A stretch of 64,000 bases of DNA. It comes from Phycisphaerales bacterium. GTDB lineage: Bacteria; Planctomycetota; Phycisphaerae; Phycisphaerales; UBA1924. Shown in pieces: positions 8,066-18,630 of this stretch. The stretch spans positions 672,001-736,000 of the forward strand of contig OZ245777.1 of assembly GCA_965227775.1 (NCBI GenBank), written 5' to 3'. The position numbers were made by a program, and so were the translations under genes. Under the pieces are notes generated by a model. It was not told the origin of the DNA. It saw only the letters and a list, made by a program, of their open reading frames with translations, and ran no database searches. The first letter of the stretch is position 1. Each line of letters begins with the position of its first letter.

Positions 8066-10582
8066 CTAGTCGGCCAGTTCGCTCTCCGGCCGCACGCGCC
8101 GGGCGCGCCACACCATGCGGATGAGTTCCCACGATCCCACCGGCTCGCGGCCCATCGATCGCCGCATCTTGCCGAGCCGATACGCGTGCGCCCACTGCTG
8201 GCTCATGACTTCGATGGCCCACCACCACGTGCGCGTCGGGTCGTACACGTTGGTCGCTTCGGCGGACGACCCGTTGAGTTCGATTACGCTGAACCCGCGG
8301 CCGGCCCTCAACTCCGCCTCGTCTCGATAGCGGATATCGAAACGCCCGATGTCGAGCCCGCCAGGCATGCCGTCGGTGTTTGGGAAGCGCCTGCAGATGC
8401 CATCGATCACGTCGCTCAGCTCGTCGGTGATCAGGTCGGCACCATCCTCGAATCGGCAGCCCTGCGCGTGGTTGCCCGCCATACCCATCTTCACCCGTTC
8501 GCCTTTGGGTGGCACGCGGTCGATCGCGCGCCCGAATCGTGCGACGAACACCCGCTCTTGCACGCGGAAGCGATCGTCGGCCAGCACCAGTTGCCGCAGC
8601 GTGCGCTTCCCATCGCCCACGATGACCGGGAAGACCTTCCGTGTGACCGCGAAGATCTCGCCCTCGCGTCCGTGTTCGTCGGCTTTGCCTGGCTCACGCA
8701 GCCGTACCCAGAACAGCCCGACCTCGAAAGGCGCCGGATCGAACTTCTGTAACACCAGATCGGCGTGCACCCGCGCCACCTGCTCGCGAACGTCTTCGAC
8801 GCCGTGGCACACTCGCACGGCGCGGCCGCGTTCGCCGCGATCGGGCTTGAGCACGACCGGGTAGCCGCCAAGCTCGGGCCGTGCCTTCAGTAACCGCTCG
8901 ACGCGACGCACGCGACGCTCCGGGTCGCTGTGCATTCGAACGAGCACCGTGGGCAACAGCGGCGCACCGGCGGTCTCGAGCGCCGCGGCGATTGTGCTCT
9001 TGCGCTCTCCAACAAATCCGCCCGCACCGGCGATGCCCGGATTCGTCGCGGTGAACACAACCGGGTGCCGTGCCCGCAGCGTCTGCGTCACGAACGTCGG
9101 CGCCAGTAGCACGTAACTGATCCAGCTCGGCCAGAACTCGTGGCTGATCCACCGCCACACCTGGGCCCGGATGCGCTGGCGGCCCATGCGGGTCCACACG
9201 CGCGGCAGCACCCAGGTCAGCGGCGCCACGATCAATAGCACGACCAGCAACGCGGCAACGCCGTGCGACTCCACCGCCCACCACCCGCCGAAGCGCACCA
9301 GCAGCCACGCGGGCAGCAACGCGACCATGCCGATGACCAGGCACGCCGTCCGCCGCCACACGCCCGGCCCGCGCACCATCACCGCGAGCGCGAGCCCAAC
9401 GCTGGCAACTCCGTAATCGACGTACATGCCCGCAACGAGCGCCGCGGTCACGACCAGGCCCACGCGCCACCAGGCCAGCGCGAGCAGCATGACCACGAGC
9501 GCTTCAAGAGTCCAATGCCGGGAGCGCAGCCAGGTGGCGATCGCGTCCAGGGACCGCGTCACGGCGCCGTGCTCGGGCTTCACCGCCAGATCCACCGTCG
9601 CCCGCACGGGTGCTACGCCCGGTTGCTGGTGGCGTTGCACGAATGCCGCAATGTGCGACGCCAGCGGCTCGGGCTGGGTGAAGGGCATGATGTGTCCGCC
9701 GTCCAGCCGCACGAGCGTCGAGCGAGGAGCCAGCTCGTGGTGCACTTCCGCCGCCCAAGGCGCCACAAGGAAGTCCTGCTGCGCCTGCATGATCAGCAAG
9801 GGTTCTTGGAGCGTGCGCAGGGAGCCCGCCAGCGGGCGCTGGTCGGTATGCATGAAGTTCGCAATAAACGAGTACCAGAAGCTCCGCGGCCCGAGCAGAC
9901 CAAAGTGCGGCACCAGCTCCATCGCGGCAAACACGCCCACGTATCCCAGCGCGTACTTGGCCTTCTCGAAAAGGTAGTCGCCCGAGCCCTCGGTTCGCTG
10001 TGCGCCGGTCGCCATCATCATGGTAATGGACGCGACCTCGACGCTGTACTCGCCCTGCAGGTCGGCCATGTTCAGCACGACCGCGCCACCGTTGCTCCAG
10101 CCAAGCACGTGCACGCGCAGCGGCGCATCACCCGACCCGTTCAGATCCTCGAGCAACGCCATGCACGTTCGGGCCATCGCACGTGCCGAGTAGTCTCGCA
10201 CCCATGGCTCAGAGGCACCAAACCCCGGCAGATCAACCGCGATCGAGTCAATACCGCGCGATGCAAAGGCCGGACCCATCTCCTGGAAGTTTGTCGCATC
10301 GCCGGGCGAGCCGTGGATCATGAGGAGCAGCGGCGCATCTTCCTGCCCGCTGGGGTACGCGACGTATGCAACCTGGGACTCGTGCCCCTCGCGCGGGCCA
10401 TCGGCGGTCATCTCCGGCAGCGTCACGCGATCGGTGGGCTTGGGCGGAAGCATCGCCGACAGAAGCGTGGGATCGATCGCGTACACCACGTGCGACGCGA
10501 GCAGCAGGAGCAGGTACACCGCCAGCACCCACCGCCATCGCACGCGCCGCTTTGGCCTGGTCCAGTGCTCGACGCCCCGCAC
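8066..10582 (-). CDS. alpha/beta hydrolase - membrane domain - ATP-grasp (D-Ala-D-Ala ligase-like) fusion
   Basis: HGSPG, DLPGFG, GWSNG nucleophile elbow; several TM helices; TATNPGI, PVVLKPDRGERG, GNHAQG, GRFDIR, IELNG. Start placed at GTG 10582 just after the rlmN stop. Confidence 0.8.
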   Translation of the reverse strand: MRGVEHWTRPKRRVRWRWVLAVYLLLLLASHVVYAIDPTLLSAMLPPKPTDRVTLPEMTADGPREGHESQVAYVAYPSGQEDAPLLLMIHGSPGDATNFQEMGPAFASRGIDSIAVDLPGFGASEPWVRDYSARAMARTCMALLEDLNGSGDAPLRVHVLGWSNGGAVVLNMADLQGEYSVEVASITMMMATGAQRTEGSGDYLFEKAKYALGYVGVFAAMELVPHFGLLGPRSFWYSFIANFMHTDQRPLAGSLRTLQEPLLIMQAQQDFLVAPWAAEVHHELAPRSTLVRLDGGHIMPFTQPEPLASHIAAFVQRHQQPGVAPVRATVDLAVKPEHGAVTRSLDAIATWLRSRHWTLEALVVMLLALAWWRVGLVVTAALVAGMYVDYGVASVGLALAVMVRGPGVWRRTACLVIGMVALLPAWLLVRFGGWWAVESHGVAALLVVLLIVAPLTWVLPRVWTRMGRQRIRAQVWRWISHEFWPSWISYVLLAPTFVTQTLRARHPVVFTATNPGIAGAGGFVGERKSTIAAALETAGAPLLPTVLVRMHSDPERRVRRVERLLKARPELGGYPVVLKPDRGERGRAVRVCHGVEDVREQVARVHADLVLQKFDPAPFEVGLFWVRLREPGKADEHGREGEIFAVTRKVFPVIVGDGKRTLRQLVLADDRFRVQERVFVARFGRAIDRVPPKGERVKMGMAGNHAQGCRFEDGADLITDELSDVIDGICRRFPNTDGMPGGLDIGRFDIRYRDEAELRAGRGFSVIELNGSSAEATNVYDPTRTWWWAIEVMSQQWAHAYRLGKMRRSMGREPVGSWELIRMVWRARRVRPESELAD

Positions 10583-10587
10583 CGCGG

Positions 10588-11715
10588 CTAGCTTTCGCCA
10601 CCGATGGTGATCGGCGTGAGCGGCCCGACCACCTTGCGCCGCCGGATCGCGGGATTGCCCAGCTGTCCGCACGCGGCCATGGTGCTGCGGCCCTTGGTCC
10701 GCCGCCGCTTCACGAACACGCCATGCGAGCTCAGGCGGTGCACGAATGCCTCGACGTCTTCCTCGTGCGGCGCGGGCCAGGGGCTGTCGCGCCGCGGGTT
10801 GTACGGAATCACGTTCACCATGCACCGCAGCGGCGCCACCCACTCGGCCAGCTCGTCTGCGTGCTCCATCGCGTCGTTGAGGCCCGGGATCAGCACATAC
10901 GCGATCAGGTAGGGCTTACCGGTGCCGTTTGGAAGATCGAGCAAGGCGTCGCGTAGCTCGCCCATCGGCATGGCCCGGTTGATGGGCATGATCCGATCTC
11001 GAATCGCGTCGTTGGGCGCGTTCAGGCTGATCGACACGCCAAGGCGGTGCCAGCCCGGCTGCCGCACGGCCTCGCGCAATCGCTTGAGTCCGTCCAGCCG
11101 CCCCACCGTCGAGACGGTGATCTTGCTCATCGCGAGCGCACAGCCCGCCTGATCGGTGAGCACGGCGATGGCCTGCAACACCGAGTCGGTGTTGGCTAGC
11201 GGCTCGCCCATGCCCATGAACACAAGGTTGCTCGGCTGCGCCCCGAGTTGATGCCGCGCGGCGTGCCACTGGCCCACAATCTGCGCGGGCGTGAGCGAGG
11301 CCATGAGCCCCATCTGCGCCGTCTCGCAGAAGCCGCAGCCCATCGCGCACCCGACCTGGCTGCTGACGCACAGCGAGTGTGCAAGCCGACCCTTGCGCCC
11401 GATCATGGGGATCACGACCGACTCGGCCTCGAGCTTCACGCCCTGCCGCTCGACATCGAGCTGCTGGACGAATTTCGTGATAACGCCCTCGGGCGTGTCC
11501 TCGCGCTCGCGCCTGACCAGCGGGCCCACGTGCGGCACGCCGATCTGCTCGAACACCGGGTCGTCGGTCCGCCCCTCCCGCAGGAACGCCTTGTAGGCGC
11601 GCAGGGCCCATAACCCGCGACCCTTCACGCGCGGTCCGACGGCCTCCACCCACTGCCGGCTGGTAAGCCCCAGGGGGCTGGGCGTGTCGGTCGTCTGTTC
11701 GGCCCGGGCGTGCAT
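10588..11715 (-). CDS. rlmN: RlmN-family radical SAM RNA methyltransferase
   Basis: CVSSQVGCAMGCGFCET, FMGMGEP, NVIPYNP, AACGQL. Confidence 0.88.
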   Translation of the reverse strand: MHARAEQTTDTPSPLGLTSRQWVEAVGPRVKGRGLWALRAYKAFLREGRTDDPVFEQIGVPHVGPLVRREREDTPEGVITKFVQQLDVERQGVKLEAESVVIPMIGRKGRLAHSLCVSSQVGCAMGCGFCETAQMGLMASLTPAQIVGQWHAARHQLGAQPSNLVFMGMGEPLANTDSVLQAIAVLTDQAGCALAMSKITVSTVGRLDGLKRLREAVRQPGWHRLGVSISLNAPNDAIRDRIMPINRAMPMGELRDALLDLPNGTGKPYLIAYVLIPGLNDAMEHADELAEWVAPLRCMVNVIPYNPRRDSPWPAPHEEDVEAFVHRLSSHGVFVKRRRTKGRSTMAACGQLGNPAIRRRKVVGPLTPITIGGES

Positions 11716-11882
11716 CGCACCGATCGTACGGGCCACCCGGCCTGCACGGGCGCGGCAAGTGTGAGGATCTGGCCCAACTGGCCAAGCCGCGTGAAGTCGC
11801 CTCCGAAACCGGCCGAAGTCTGAGCTACGTGGACCGCCCCGCGCAGGGGCTGGGCGGTCATCACGCCAACGCGGAGGCGCTG

Positions 11883-12725
11883 ATGCCCAATCGCCAACGC
11901 CCGGCCCGGCCCGGGTTCACGCTCGTCGAACTCCTGGTCGTCATGGGCATCATCGCCGTGATCGCCGCCATCACGGTCCCAGCCATCGCCAACGCCCGCC
12001 AGACCGCCCAGAGCACCGTCACGCTCCAGCGGCTCGGCCAACTCAGCACGGTGGCCAACGTCTACGCGACCGACCATATAGACCGAATCTGGACCGCCCA
12101 GAACTGGCTCAAGACCATCGAGGGCGACACCGCCCAGCCCGGCGTGCTCATCGATGGTGGATATCTCACTGACGACGAGATCCTCGAATGCGCCGTGAAC
12201 GGCCGACGCCTGCCCCACCGAGCCTCGGGCGGCCACGCCCCCACGCCGCCCCCGGGCCTCTACGACCACGTCGAGGTCGATAGCGACTTCGCCTTCGTGC
12301 ACCAGGTCGAGGGTGCTCGCCTGGGTCTGCACACGCAATTCGCTTACTACCGCGACCCCACGCAGCGCGGATGGAGCGGCGGCGTCTGGCTCGAGGACGA
12401 GACCGCCCTCGTGAATCTGCCTGGTGTGCCTATCTTCGTCGAAGAGAACCCGGCGTTCTACCACGCCAACGACGAGATGCTCACCTTCAAGGGCTTCGAC
12501 CAGCTTGACCGCCGCCACGACGGGGGCGGCACGGGCAAGAGCCTGATGGCCTTTCTCGACGGTCACGCCGAGGGCACCGCCCCACCCGCCGACGACTCGC
12601 CCGAGGGCCTGGAGGTCAGCGACCTGACGGCCGCGCACTTCTACCTGAGCGCACGCGGCGGACGCTGGCGTGCCATGACGCTCAGCAGCGAGTACAAGTA
12701 CGGCTGGGTCAACGACCCCCGCTGA
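11883..12725 (+). CDS. prepilin-type N-terminal cleavage/methylation protein with C-terminal H-x-DG motif (planctomycete DUF1559-like)
   Basis: PG|FTLVELLVVMGIIAVIAAITVP; C-terminal RHDGGGTGKSLMAFLDGH. Confidence 0.85.
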   Translation: MPNRQRPARPGFTLVELLVVMGIIAVIAAITVPAIANARQTAQSTVTLQRLGQLSTVANVYATDHIDRIWTAQNWLKTIEGDTAQPGVLIDGGYLTDDEILECAVNGRRLPHRASGGHAPTPPPGLYDHVEVDSDFAFVHQVEGARLGLHTQFAYYRDPTQRGWSGGVWLEDETALVNLPGVPIFVEENPAFYHANDEMLTFKGFDQLDRRHDGGGTGKSLMAFLDGHAEGTAPPADDSPEGLEVSDLTAAHFYLSARGGRWRAMTLSSEYKYGWVNDPR

Positions 12726-12752
12726 CAACCAACTGAAACCCCGCGCGTCGCA

Positions 12753-13220
12753 TCACGCCCCGTGGTGCCACGCTCGCATCATCCACACGGTCTTCTCGAT
12801 GTCGTCGCCGATGGCGTCGAGGAGGTTGACCGTTGTGCGATCGCCCGCGCTCTCAGCATCGTCGATGACCTCGCGAACCTCCTTGTGGATCGCGAGCAGG
12901 TCGGCCACCGTGTTTTCCACCATCCGCTTATCGTCGGGTGTTCCCTCTTCTTCGCCGATGCGGGTGTGCTCCAAGCACCGCGCCAGCGTTGGCAGCGGTG
13001 TTGCTTCCTTCGCGCGGATGCGCTCGGCCAACTCGTCAAGGTACCCGGTCCACGCGGTGTAGATCTTCTCGAACTGTTCGTGCAGTTCGAAGAACTGCCG
13101 CCCCCGGACATTCCAGTGGTAGTTCTGGATCTTGTAGCGGAACACCGCCGCATCGGCCAGCAGCCTGTTCAGACCGCTGATGATGGTGGCGTCGATCTCC
13201 GTGTTCGTTGCGTCGGCCAT
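12753..13220 (-). CDS. dps: DNA starvation/stationary phase protection protein Dps
   Basis: NYHWNVRG.QFFELHEQFE, DELAERI, EKTVWM; GGAGG SD before ATG 13220. Confidence 0.93.
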   Translation of the reverse strand: MADATNTEIDATIISGLNRLLADAAVFRYKIQNYHWNVRGRQFFELHEQFEKIYTAWTGYLDELAERIRAKEATPLPTLARCLEHTRIGEEEGTPDDKRMVENTVADLLAIHKEVREVIDDAESAGDRTTVNLLDAIGDDIEKTVWMMRAWHHGA

Positions 13221-13336
13221 GCGTGCCTCCCGTTCTCGGGCCAGGCGTCCGCATTTGGCGGGCAATAGCCATCGCACACGCCCGTTTCCCGTGTATTATT
13301 TTAGCCAGCAACGGATACACACTGGGGGTTCTCTCG

Positions 13337-14533
13337 ATGCACAAGACGCTCTGCTCGCTCTCCGCGGTTGCCTTGACACCCGCCTGCTGGGCGCAGTGCG
13401 ACTTCGGCGCGGCCGACGCGCTCGCCGCCGCAATCGTGGACGACTTCCCCCTGGTCTCGGGTGCGAGCCTGCGCCTGGAAGACCCCCTGCTGCCCGGCCC
13501 GAGCCTCGAACGCTTCTACGGCGACTACGACCGTGGCACGGTCGTGCCTATCGCGAGCGCGACCAAGCTGCTGTCGGCCATCGTCGTCATGTCCTGCGTA
13601 GAGCAAGACGGCCTCGATCTGGACGCGCCCGTCGCGACGTACCTGCCCGAGTTTGGTGGCACCAAGGGCACCATGACCGTCCGCCAGATGTTCAGCCACA
13701 CGTCAGGCCTGCCGAGCAATAGCGTGTTCGCGTTCGATCCCTCGATCACGCTCGCACAAGCGGTGACACGCATCGCGCTGTTTACACCGCTGGAAGCAAC
13801 ACCGGGCACCGACTTCTGCTACGGGCAGGTGAGCATGCATGTCGCCGGTCGCGTGTGCGAGGTCGTCAGCGGCACCGACTGGGACACACTGTTCGCCGAA
13901 CGCGTCGCAATGCCACTGGGCCTGACCGACACGAACTACGACGGGCTCTACGAGACCACCAACCCGCTCATCGCCGGCGGAGCAGAGAGCAGCTTGGAAG
14001 ACTACTCGCGCGTCATCCGCATGCTCATCGACGGTGGCATGTACCGGGGCGAGCGCATCATCGAGCAGTCCTCGATCAACGCTATGTTCACAGATCTCAC
14101 CGCGGGCCTGCCCATCCGTTGCACGCCCGCATCGCGAGACACGCAGAACTATGGCCTGGGCGCTTGGGTGCTCACGCGCGCCGATGGCTCGCGCCGCGTC
14201 GATAGCCCTGGTGCCTTTGCCTACACACCCTGGGTCGAGCTGGACGACGCCGGCAATCCCCTGCTCGGCGGCGTGTACATGATCGAAGACGGTGTCTCTT
14301 CGCTCAGCGATCCGATCGACGCGGTGCAGGACGCCGCACTTGATTCGAGGCTCGCCTGCACGCCGTGCGCGGCCGACATCGACGGTGATGGAACGCTCAC
14401 GCTCTTCGACTTCCTCGCCTTCCAGACGGCATGGACAGCGGGAGACCCGGTCGGCGACTTCGATCGCGATGGCGTGCTCGATCTCTTCGACTTCCTGGCG
14501 TACAGCAACGCGTTCGACGCGGGCTGCTCCTAA
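13337..14533 (+). CDS. secreted serine hydrolase (beta-lactamase class C-like) with GC-type dockerin tail
   Basis: Signal peptide, SATK (SxxK), FSHTSGL, FCYG, PLGL; C-terminal ADIDGDG.LT.FDFL x2 ending AGCS. Confidence 0.85.
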   Translation: MHKTLCSLSAVALTPACWAQCDFGAADALAAAIVDDFPLVSGASLRLEDPLLPGPSLERFYGDYDRGTVVPIASATKLLSAIVVMSCVEQDGLDLDAPVATYLPEFGGTKGTMTVRQMFSHTSGLPSNSVFAFDPSITLAQAVTRIALFTPLEATPGTDFCYGQVSMHVAGRVCEVVSGTDWDTLFAERVAMPLGLTDTNYDGLYETTNPLIAGGAESSLEDYSRVIRMLIDGGMYRGERIIEQSSINAMFTDLTAGLPIRCTPASRDTQNYGLGAWVLTRADGSRRVDSPGAFAYTPWVELDDAGNPLLGGVYMIEDGVSSLSDPIDAVQDAALDSRLACTPCAADIDGDGTLTLFDFLAFQTAWTAGDPVGDFDRDGVLDLFDFLAYSNAFDAGCS

Positions 14534-15558
14534 GAAGTCCTTTTGCGCTTGCGGGGAGTGGGCTGGTCGGCTTTGAGCTGCGCCGCGGTGAACGAGCGGC
14601 CAGTGGTGCGCTTGTCCCACGTGTGGGCAGGGCCGCGGCTGGTTTCGTAGCTCATCCAGAGATCCAACCAGTAGCTTCGGAAGGCCTGCCCGCCCTGGCC
14701 GATGCCGAATCGCTCGTAGTGCGCCGTCACCAGCTTGAGCACCTCACGATCGGTGCCCGTGAAGCCCAGCACGCTGCGCCCATGCCTGACGCTCTCGGTG
14801 TCGAGCGGCAGGAATCCATAGCGACCCATGAGCTGCATGATGTTGTGCGCGGCATACGGCCCGATGCCCGGCAGGTCGAGCAGGAAGCGGCGGACCTCGT
14901 CGTCTGGCGTTTGCGGATCCTCAAGCCAAGCCTGGGGAATCTGTCCCTTGTAGAACATCCTTGCAAGGTCGACGAGTCGCTGATCTCGGTAGCCCACGCG
15001 GCAGCGCGAACGCAGCCATGTCGCCTTCTTGCGCGCAAGCTGCTCTGGCGTAGGAAACGCGTGCACGCCACTCGGCGTCGGCGATCCGACACGGGCGCAC
15101 AGCGCGGCGTTCATATCGATGGTGCCCGGCCACTGCACGTTGCAGCTTGTCACCGTTTTTGCCATGTCCTCGAACAGCGTGGCCGATCGCATGAGGCGGC
15201 CTCGCCCGCTGAAGCGCCAGCGGTCATCGACGGCGTGAAACGCCGCAATGTCCTCTTCGCTCTCATCCAGACGCAAGATGCGGGTGACCATGGCGCGTGC
15301 CTGCGCGCTCTCATCTCGCGTGAGCGAGCGATCGGCAGTCACGTTCAGGTGCATGCCCACGCGCTGCTGGCGGATGACCACGCGAGTTCCACCGTGCTCG
15401 AGCGCAAGCGCCGCGGAGTACACACCCGAATCGGGATACCACTCGTAGGGCTCGAGCAGGAAGTAGCCATAGGAGCACGCGTCGCGTGCCAGATCGAAAT
15501 CCGCCGGCGCGGCGATACGCAAACGCGTGGGCCTGGGTGTCGCTTGAGGCGCCCCCAC
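14530..15558 (-). CDS. HhH-GPD family DNA glycosylase (AlkA/OGG1-like)
   Basis: FPTPEQLA, VGYR, HhH LPGIGPYAA, downstream PLDT Asp; GTG start 2 nt after the upstream stop. Confidence 0.8.
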   Translation of the reverse strand: MGAPQATPRPTRLRIAAPADFDLARDACSYGYFLLEPYEWYPDSGVYSAALALEHGGTRVVIRQQRVGMHLNVTADRSLTRDESAQARAMVTRILRLDESEEDIAAFHAVDDRWRFSGRGRLMRSATLFEDMAKTVTSCNVQWPGTIDMNAALCARVGSPTPSGVHAFPTPEQLARKKATWLRSRCRVGYRDQRLVDLARMFYKGQIPQAWLEDPQTPDDEVRRFLLDLPGIGPYAAHNIMQLMGRYGFLPLDTESVRHGRSVLGFTGTDREVLKLVTAHYERFGIGQGGQAFRSYWLDLWMSYETSRGPAHTWDKRTTGRSFTAAQLKADQPTPRKRKRTS

Positions 15559-15560
15559 CG

Positions 15561-16289
15561 CTACACCGCCAAAAGACGGTCGAACGGCACCGCGAAGGAG
15601 GCGATGTTGACGCACAAGCGGTCGGAAGCCCGCGCGAACATCGCGTAGTGCTCGTCCAGCTGCGCTTCGATCTCTTCCAGCGTGCGGGGCACCTCGCCCA
15701 TCACGCGCTTCAGCACGGACACATGCCGCGTGATGCCCGGGCGATCGAACTCGAAGTGGTACTGGAACCCATAGGTTCGAATACCAACCTTGAAGCACTC
15801 GACGGGTGTCGTCGCGCTCTTGGCCAGCACCGTCGCACCGGGAGGCGCCTTCGAGACGTGGTGCTCGTGGCTCTGGAACATCGGCAGCTTCCAGGGCATG
15901 CCGGCGAGCATGGTCTCGGTCTGCCCGGGCACGGTCAGTTCCACCGGCTCGAAGCCCAGGGCCATCTCCGGCAGCTTCTCGACCTCGCCGCCCAGCGCCC
16001 GCGCGATGAGCTGGTGGCCCATGCACAGGCCGATGACGGGCATCTTGGCCTCGTGGGCCTGGCGGATCAGGTCGAGCGTGCGCGTGATCCACGGCTCATC
16101 GCCCAGCGGGGACTTCGGGCTGCCCAACACGACAAGGCCCTGGGCGTTGTCCATGTCGGCGGGCACCGCCGCCTCGCCGTCGCGGTCGATGCGGCGGTAG
16201 TCGATCTTGAACCCGTGGTCGCGCAGGGTGACCCCCAAGCGGCCCGGGCCGAGGTGTTGTCCGTCCTGAAGAACGATGATGGTGGCCAT
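15561..16289 (-). CDS. class I glutamine amidotransferase (GMP synthase-like)
   Basis: GLCMGHQL nucleophile and GFQYHFE His/Glu. Confidence 0.85.
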   Translation of the reverse strand: MATIIVLQDGQHLGPGRLGVTLRDHGFKIDYRRIDRDGEAAVPADMDNAQGLVVLGSPKSPLGDEPWITRTLDLIRQAHEAKMPVIGLCMGHQLIARALGGEVEKLPEMALGFEPVELTVPGQTETMLAGMPWKLPMFQSHEHHVSKAPPGATVLAKSATTPVECFKVGIRTYGFQYHFEFDRPGITRHVSVLKRVMGEVPRTLEEIEAQLDEHYAMFARASDRLCVNIASFAVPFDRLLAV

Positions 16290-16402
16290 GGGAGCCGATG
16301 TTAGCGTGTGGCGACCCCGTTCGCCCGCGGCTCGGCACGAGGCTCTAGCCTCTCTTGGCCGAGCGAAGGCTCGCCGCCGGACCCCAGGCCCAGGAGATCG
16401 AC

Positions 16403-17962
16403 GTGAAGAACCGCACCGCTGAACTTATCCGGACCCTTCAAGCATCCGCGTGCGCTGCCGTGCTCGCGGCAGGCGCCGGCGTTGCTGTGGCGCAGGCCAC
16501 GTCGCTCACCACCGATCAGGCCGAATCCCAGGCGGCCCCCGCCGACATCCGTGAGTCGACCGTCAAGATCTTCACGACCAGCCGAGGACCCGACCTGACT
16601 CGCCCCTGGACACGCCAGCAGCCGGCCGACTCGACGGGCTCGGGCCTGGTCATCGAGGGCGGCCGAATCCTGACCAACGCGCACGTCGTCGAGTACGGGC
16701 AGCAGATCTTCGTGCAGCCCTACCTCACGAGCCAGCGCCTGGCCGCACGCGTCATCGCACGCAACACCGGCATCGATCTCGCTCTGCTGGAGCTCGAAGA
16801 CGAGGGTGCTCTCGACGGCGTGCCCATGGCCGTACTCAGCGACACGCTTCCGGATATCGGCGACAAGGCAAACGCGCTTGGCTACCCGATGGGCGGCGAA
16901 GAGCTGTCGATCACCGAGGGAATCGTCTCACGCATCGAGTTCGTGGGCTATCAGGCCGGCACGCTCGGCCTGCGCATCCAGGTCGACGCCGCCCTTAACC
17001 CCGGCAACTCGGGCGGGCCCGTCACCGTCGATGGCGAGGTCATCGGCCTGACCTTCAGCGGCATCTCGCAGGCCGACAACATTGGCTACATCATCCCGAA
17101 CGAAGAGATCCGACTGTTCCTCAGCGACATCGAGGACGGCGAGGTCGACGGCCGGCCGTTCCTTCGCGAGACCTTCGACAACACCCGCAACCCCGGCGTG
17201 CGCGCCAAGCTGGGCCTGACGCCGCAGCTGGAGGGCATGGTCGTGGCGGGCGCCGTCGAGGGCAACCCGCTGCAATCCTGGGACGTCGTCACCAGCATCG
17301 CCGGCCGCAGCGTCGACAGCCAGGGCCTTGTCAGCGTCACCGACGACCTGCGGCTGTACTTCGAGTACTTCGTCCATCATGGACTGAACGATGACGACAC
17401 GATCACGCTGGGCGTCTTGCGGGACGGCGAGGAGATCGAGGTCCGCTCGCCCGTCGTGCGCGGCGCCGACGACTTCTTCGACGCGCTCGACAACACCTAT
17501 CCCAGCTACATGGTCTTCGGCCCGCTGGTGTTCACGCCGGTGTACCAGGCGCACGTCTACGGGCTCGACCTCGACCGCATGGCCGCCCGTCGCAGCCCAC
17601 TCGTCAAGCGCGCCTTCACCGGCAAGGACGAAGAGGCCGAAGTGCAGCAGTACGTCATCCTCGCCGGTGGCATGCTCAACCACCGGGTGAATCTTGCCTA
17701 TGACGTCCCGCCGTTCGCGACGCTCAAGAGCATCAACGGCACGACGATCACGAGCCTTGAGCACTGCATCACCACGCTCAAGGAGCTTGCCGATTCGTCG
17801 GAAGAGTTCATCACGTTCGAGTTCTACGACCGCGGGGCCGATCGCTTGGTCTACCGACGCAGCGACATCCTGGCCTCCATCGAAGACGTGCTGAACGAGA
17901 ACGGCATCCGCCGCCCGATCTCGAGCGATCTCGCAGATCTCTGGCCCGACCTGGGCGAGTAA
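16403..17962 (+). CDS. HtrA/DegP-like trypsin serine protease with PDZ-like domains
   Basis: ILTNAHVV, DLALL, NPGNSGGP triad; signal peptide; AGGAG SD before GTG 16403. Confidence 0.9.
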   Translation: MKNRTAELIRTLQASACAAVLAAGAGVAVAQATSLTTDQAESQAAPADIRESTVKIFTTSRGPDLTRPWTRQQPADSTGSGLVIEGGRILTNAHVVEYGQQIFVQPYLTSQRLAARVIARNTGIDLALLELEDEGALDGVPMAVLSDTLPDIGDKANALGYPMGGEELSITEGIVSRIEFVGYQAGTLGLRIQVDAALNPGNSGGPVTVDGEVIGLTFSGISQADNIGYIIPNEEIRLFLSDIEDGEVDGRPFLRETFDNTRNPGVRAKLGLTPQLEGMVVAGAVEGNPLQSWDVVTSIAGRSVDSQGLVSVTDDLRLYFEYFVHHGLNDDDTITLGVLRDGEEIEVRSPVVRGADDFFDALDNTYPSYMVFGPLVFTPVYQAHVYGLDLDRMAARRSPLVKRAFTGKDEEAEVQQYVILAGGMLNHRVNLAYDVPPFATLKSINGTTITSLEHCITTLKELADSSEEFITFEFYDRGADRLVYRRSDILASIEDVLNENGIRRPISSDLADLWPDLGE

Positions 17963-17968
17963 CCACGC

Positions 17969-18616
17969 TCACGCGTAGAGCGCGACGGTGGCGTCGTGCG
18001 GGCCGAGATAGTCCTGGCGGAACAGCATCCGCCCGCTGGCGCGCTGCGCCCACTTGAACACGTGGCCGCTGTTGAAGCGATTGGCCGGGCCGGTCGCTTC
18101 GCGCCGCTTCCGCCCGGCCGAGCTCAAGAAGTTGAATGCCAGCACCGCGCCCTCGTGCCCGTAGAGCGCGTCCCACGCTCGATCGAGCACCGCGAGCGCC
18201 GTGCGCTCATCGAGCGTGTTGAGCGAGCCGCTGAAGATCACCCGATCGACGCCATGCTCACGCACCAGCCTGGTAAACAACCCGGCATCTCGCACGAAAT
18301 CCGCGGTCTCCCAGCAGCTGCCGGGGAAGCGCTCGCTGACCGACTCGACCAACTCGCTGATGCCCTCGACGCCTACGTACAGCCGAGGCTCTTGCTTGGC
18401 GGCTTGCAGGAACTCCATCAGGTCGCCACGGCCCGCGCCCATGTCGGCCAAGACCGCGCCCTTGGGTCGGCAGACCTCCGCAAGCACCTTGAAACGGGTG
18501 ACCTGATACTCTTGGCTCCGCCACAGCAGTGCTTCAAACCCAGGGCCATGGGCACGCACCGCCTCGCGGTACGGCTCGAGATACCGCGGGTCGGGCTGAT
18601 TGGTGCTGTCGGGCAT
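17969..18616 (-). CDS. class I SAM-dependent methyltransferase
   Basis: ADMGAGRGD motif I, YVGVE, SGSLN. Confidence 0.8.
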   Translation of the reverse strand: MPDSTNQPDPRYLEPYREAVRAHGPGFEALLWRSQEYQVTRFKVLAEVCRPKGAVLADMGAGRGDLMEFLQAAKQEPRLYVGVEGISELVESVSERFPGSCWETADFVRDAGLFTRLVREHGVDRVIFSGSLNTLDERTALAVLDRAWDALYGHEGAVLAFNFLSSAGRKRREATGPANRFNSGHVFKWAQRASGRMLFRQDYLGPHDATVALYA

Positions 18617-18630
18617 GCTCGGAGTCTTGT

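Noticed and set aside
10588..11715. Cfr-type resistance methyltransferase
   Set aside because: MGMGEP motif and chromosomal context fit RlmN.
13337..14533. True beta-lactamase resistance gene
   Set aside because: SxxK is present but canonical YxN/KTG motifs are not; more likely an esterase/peptidase.
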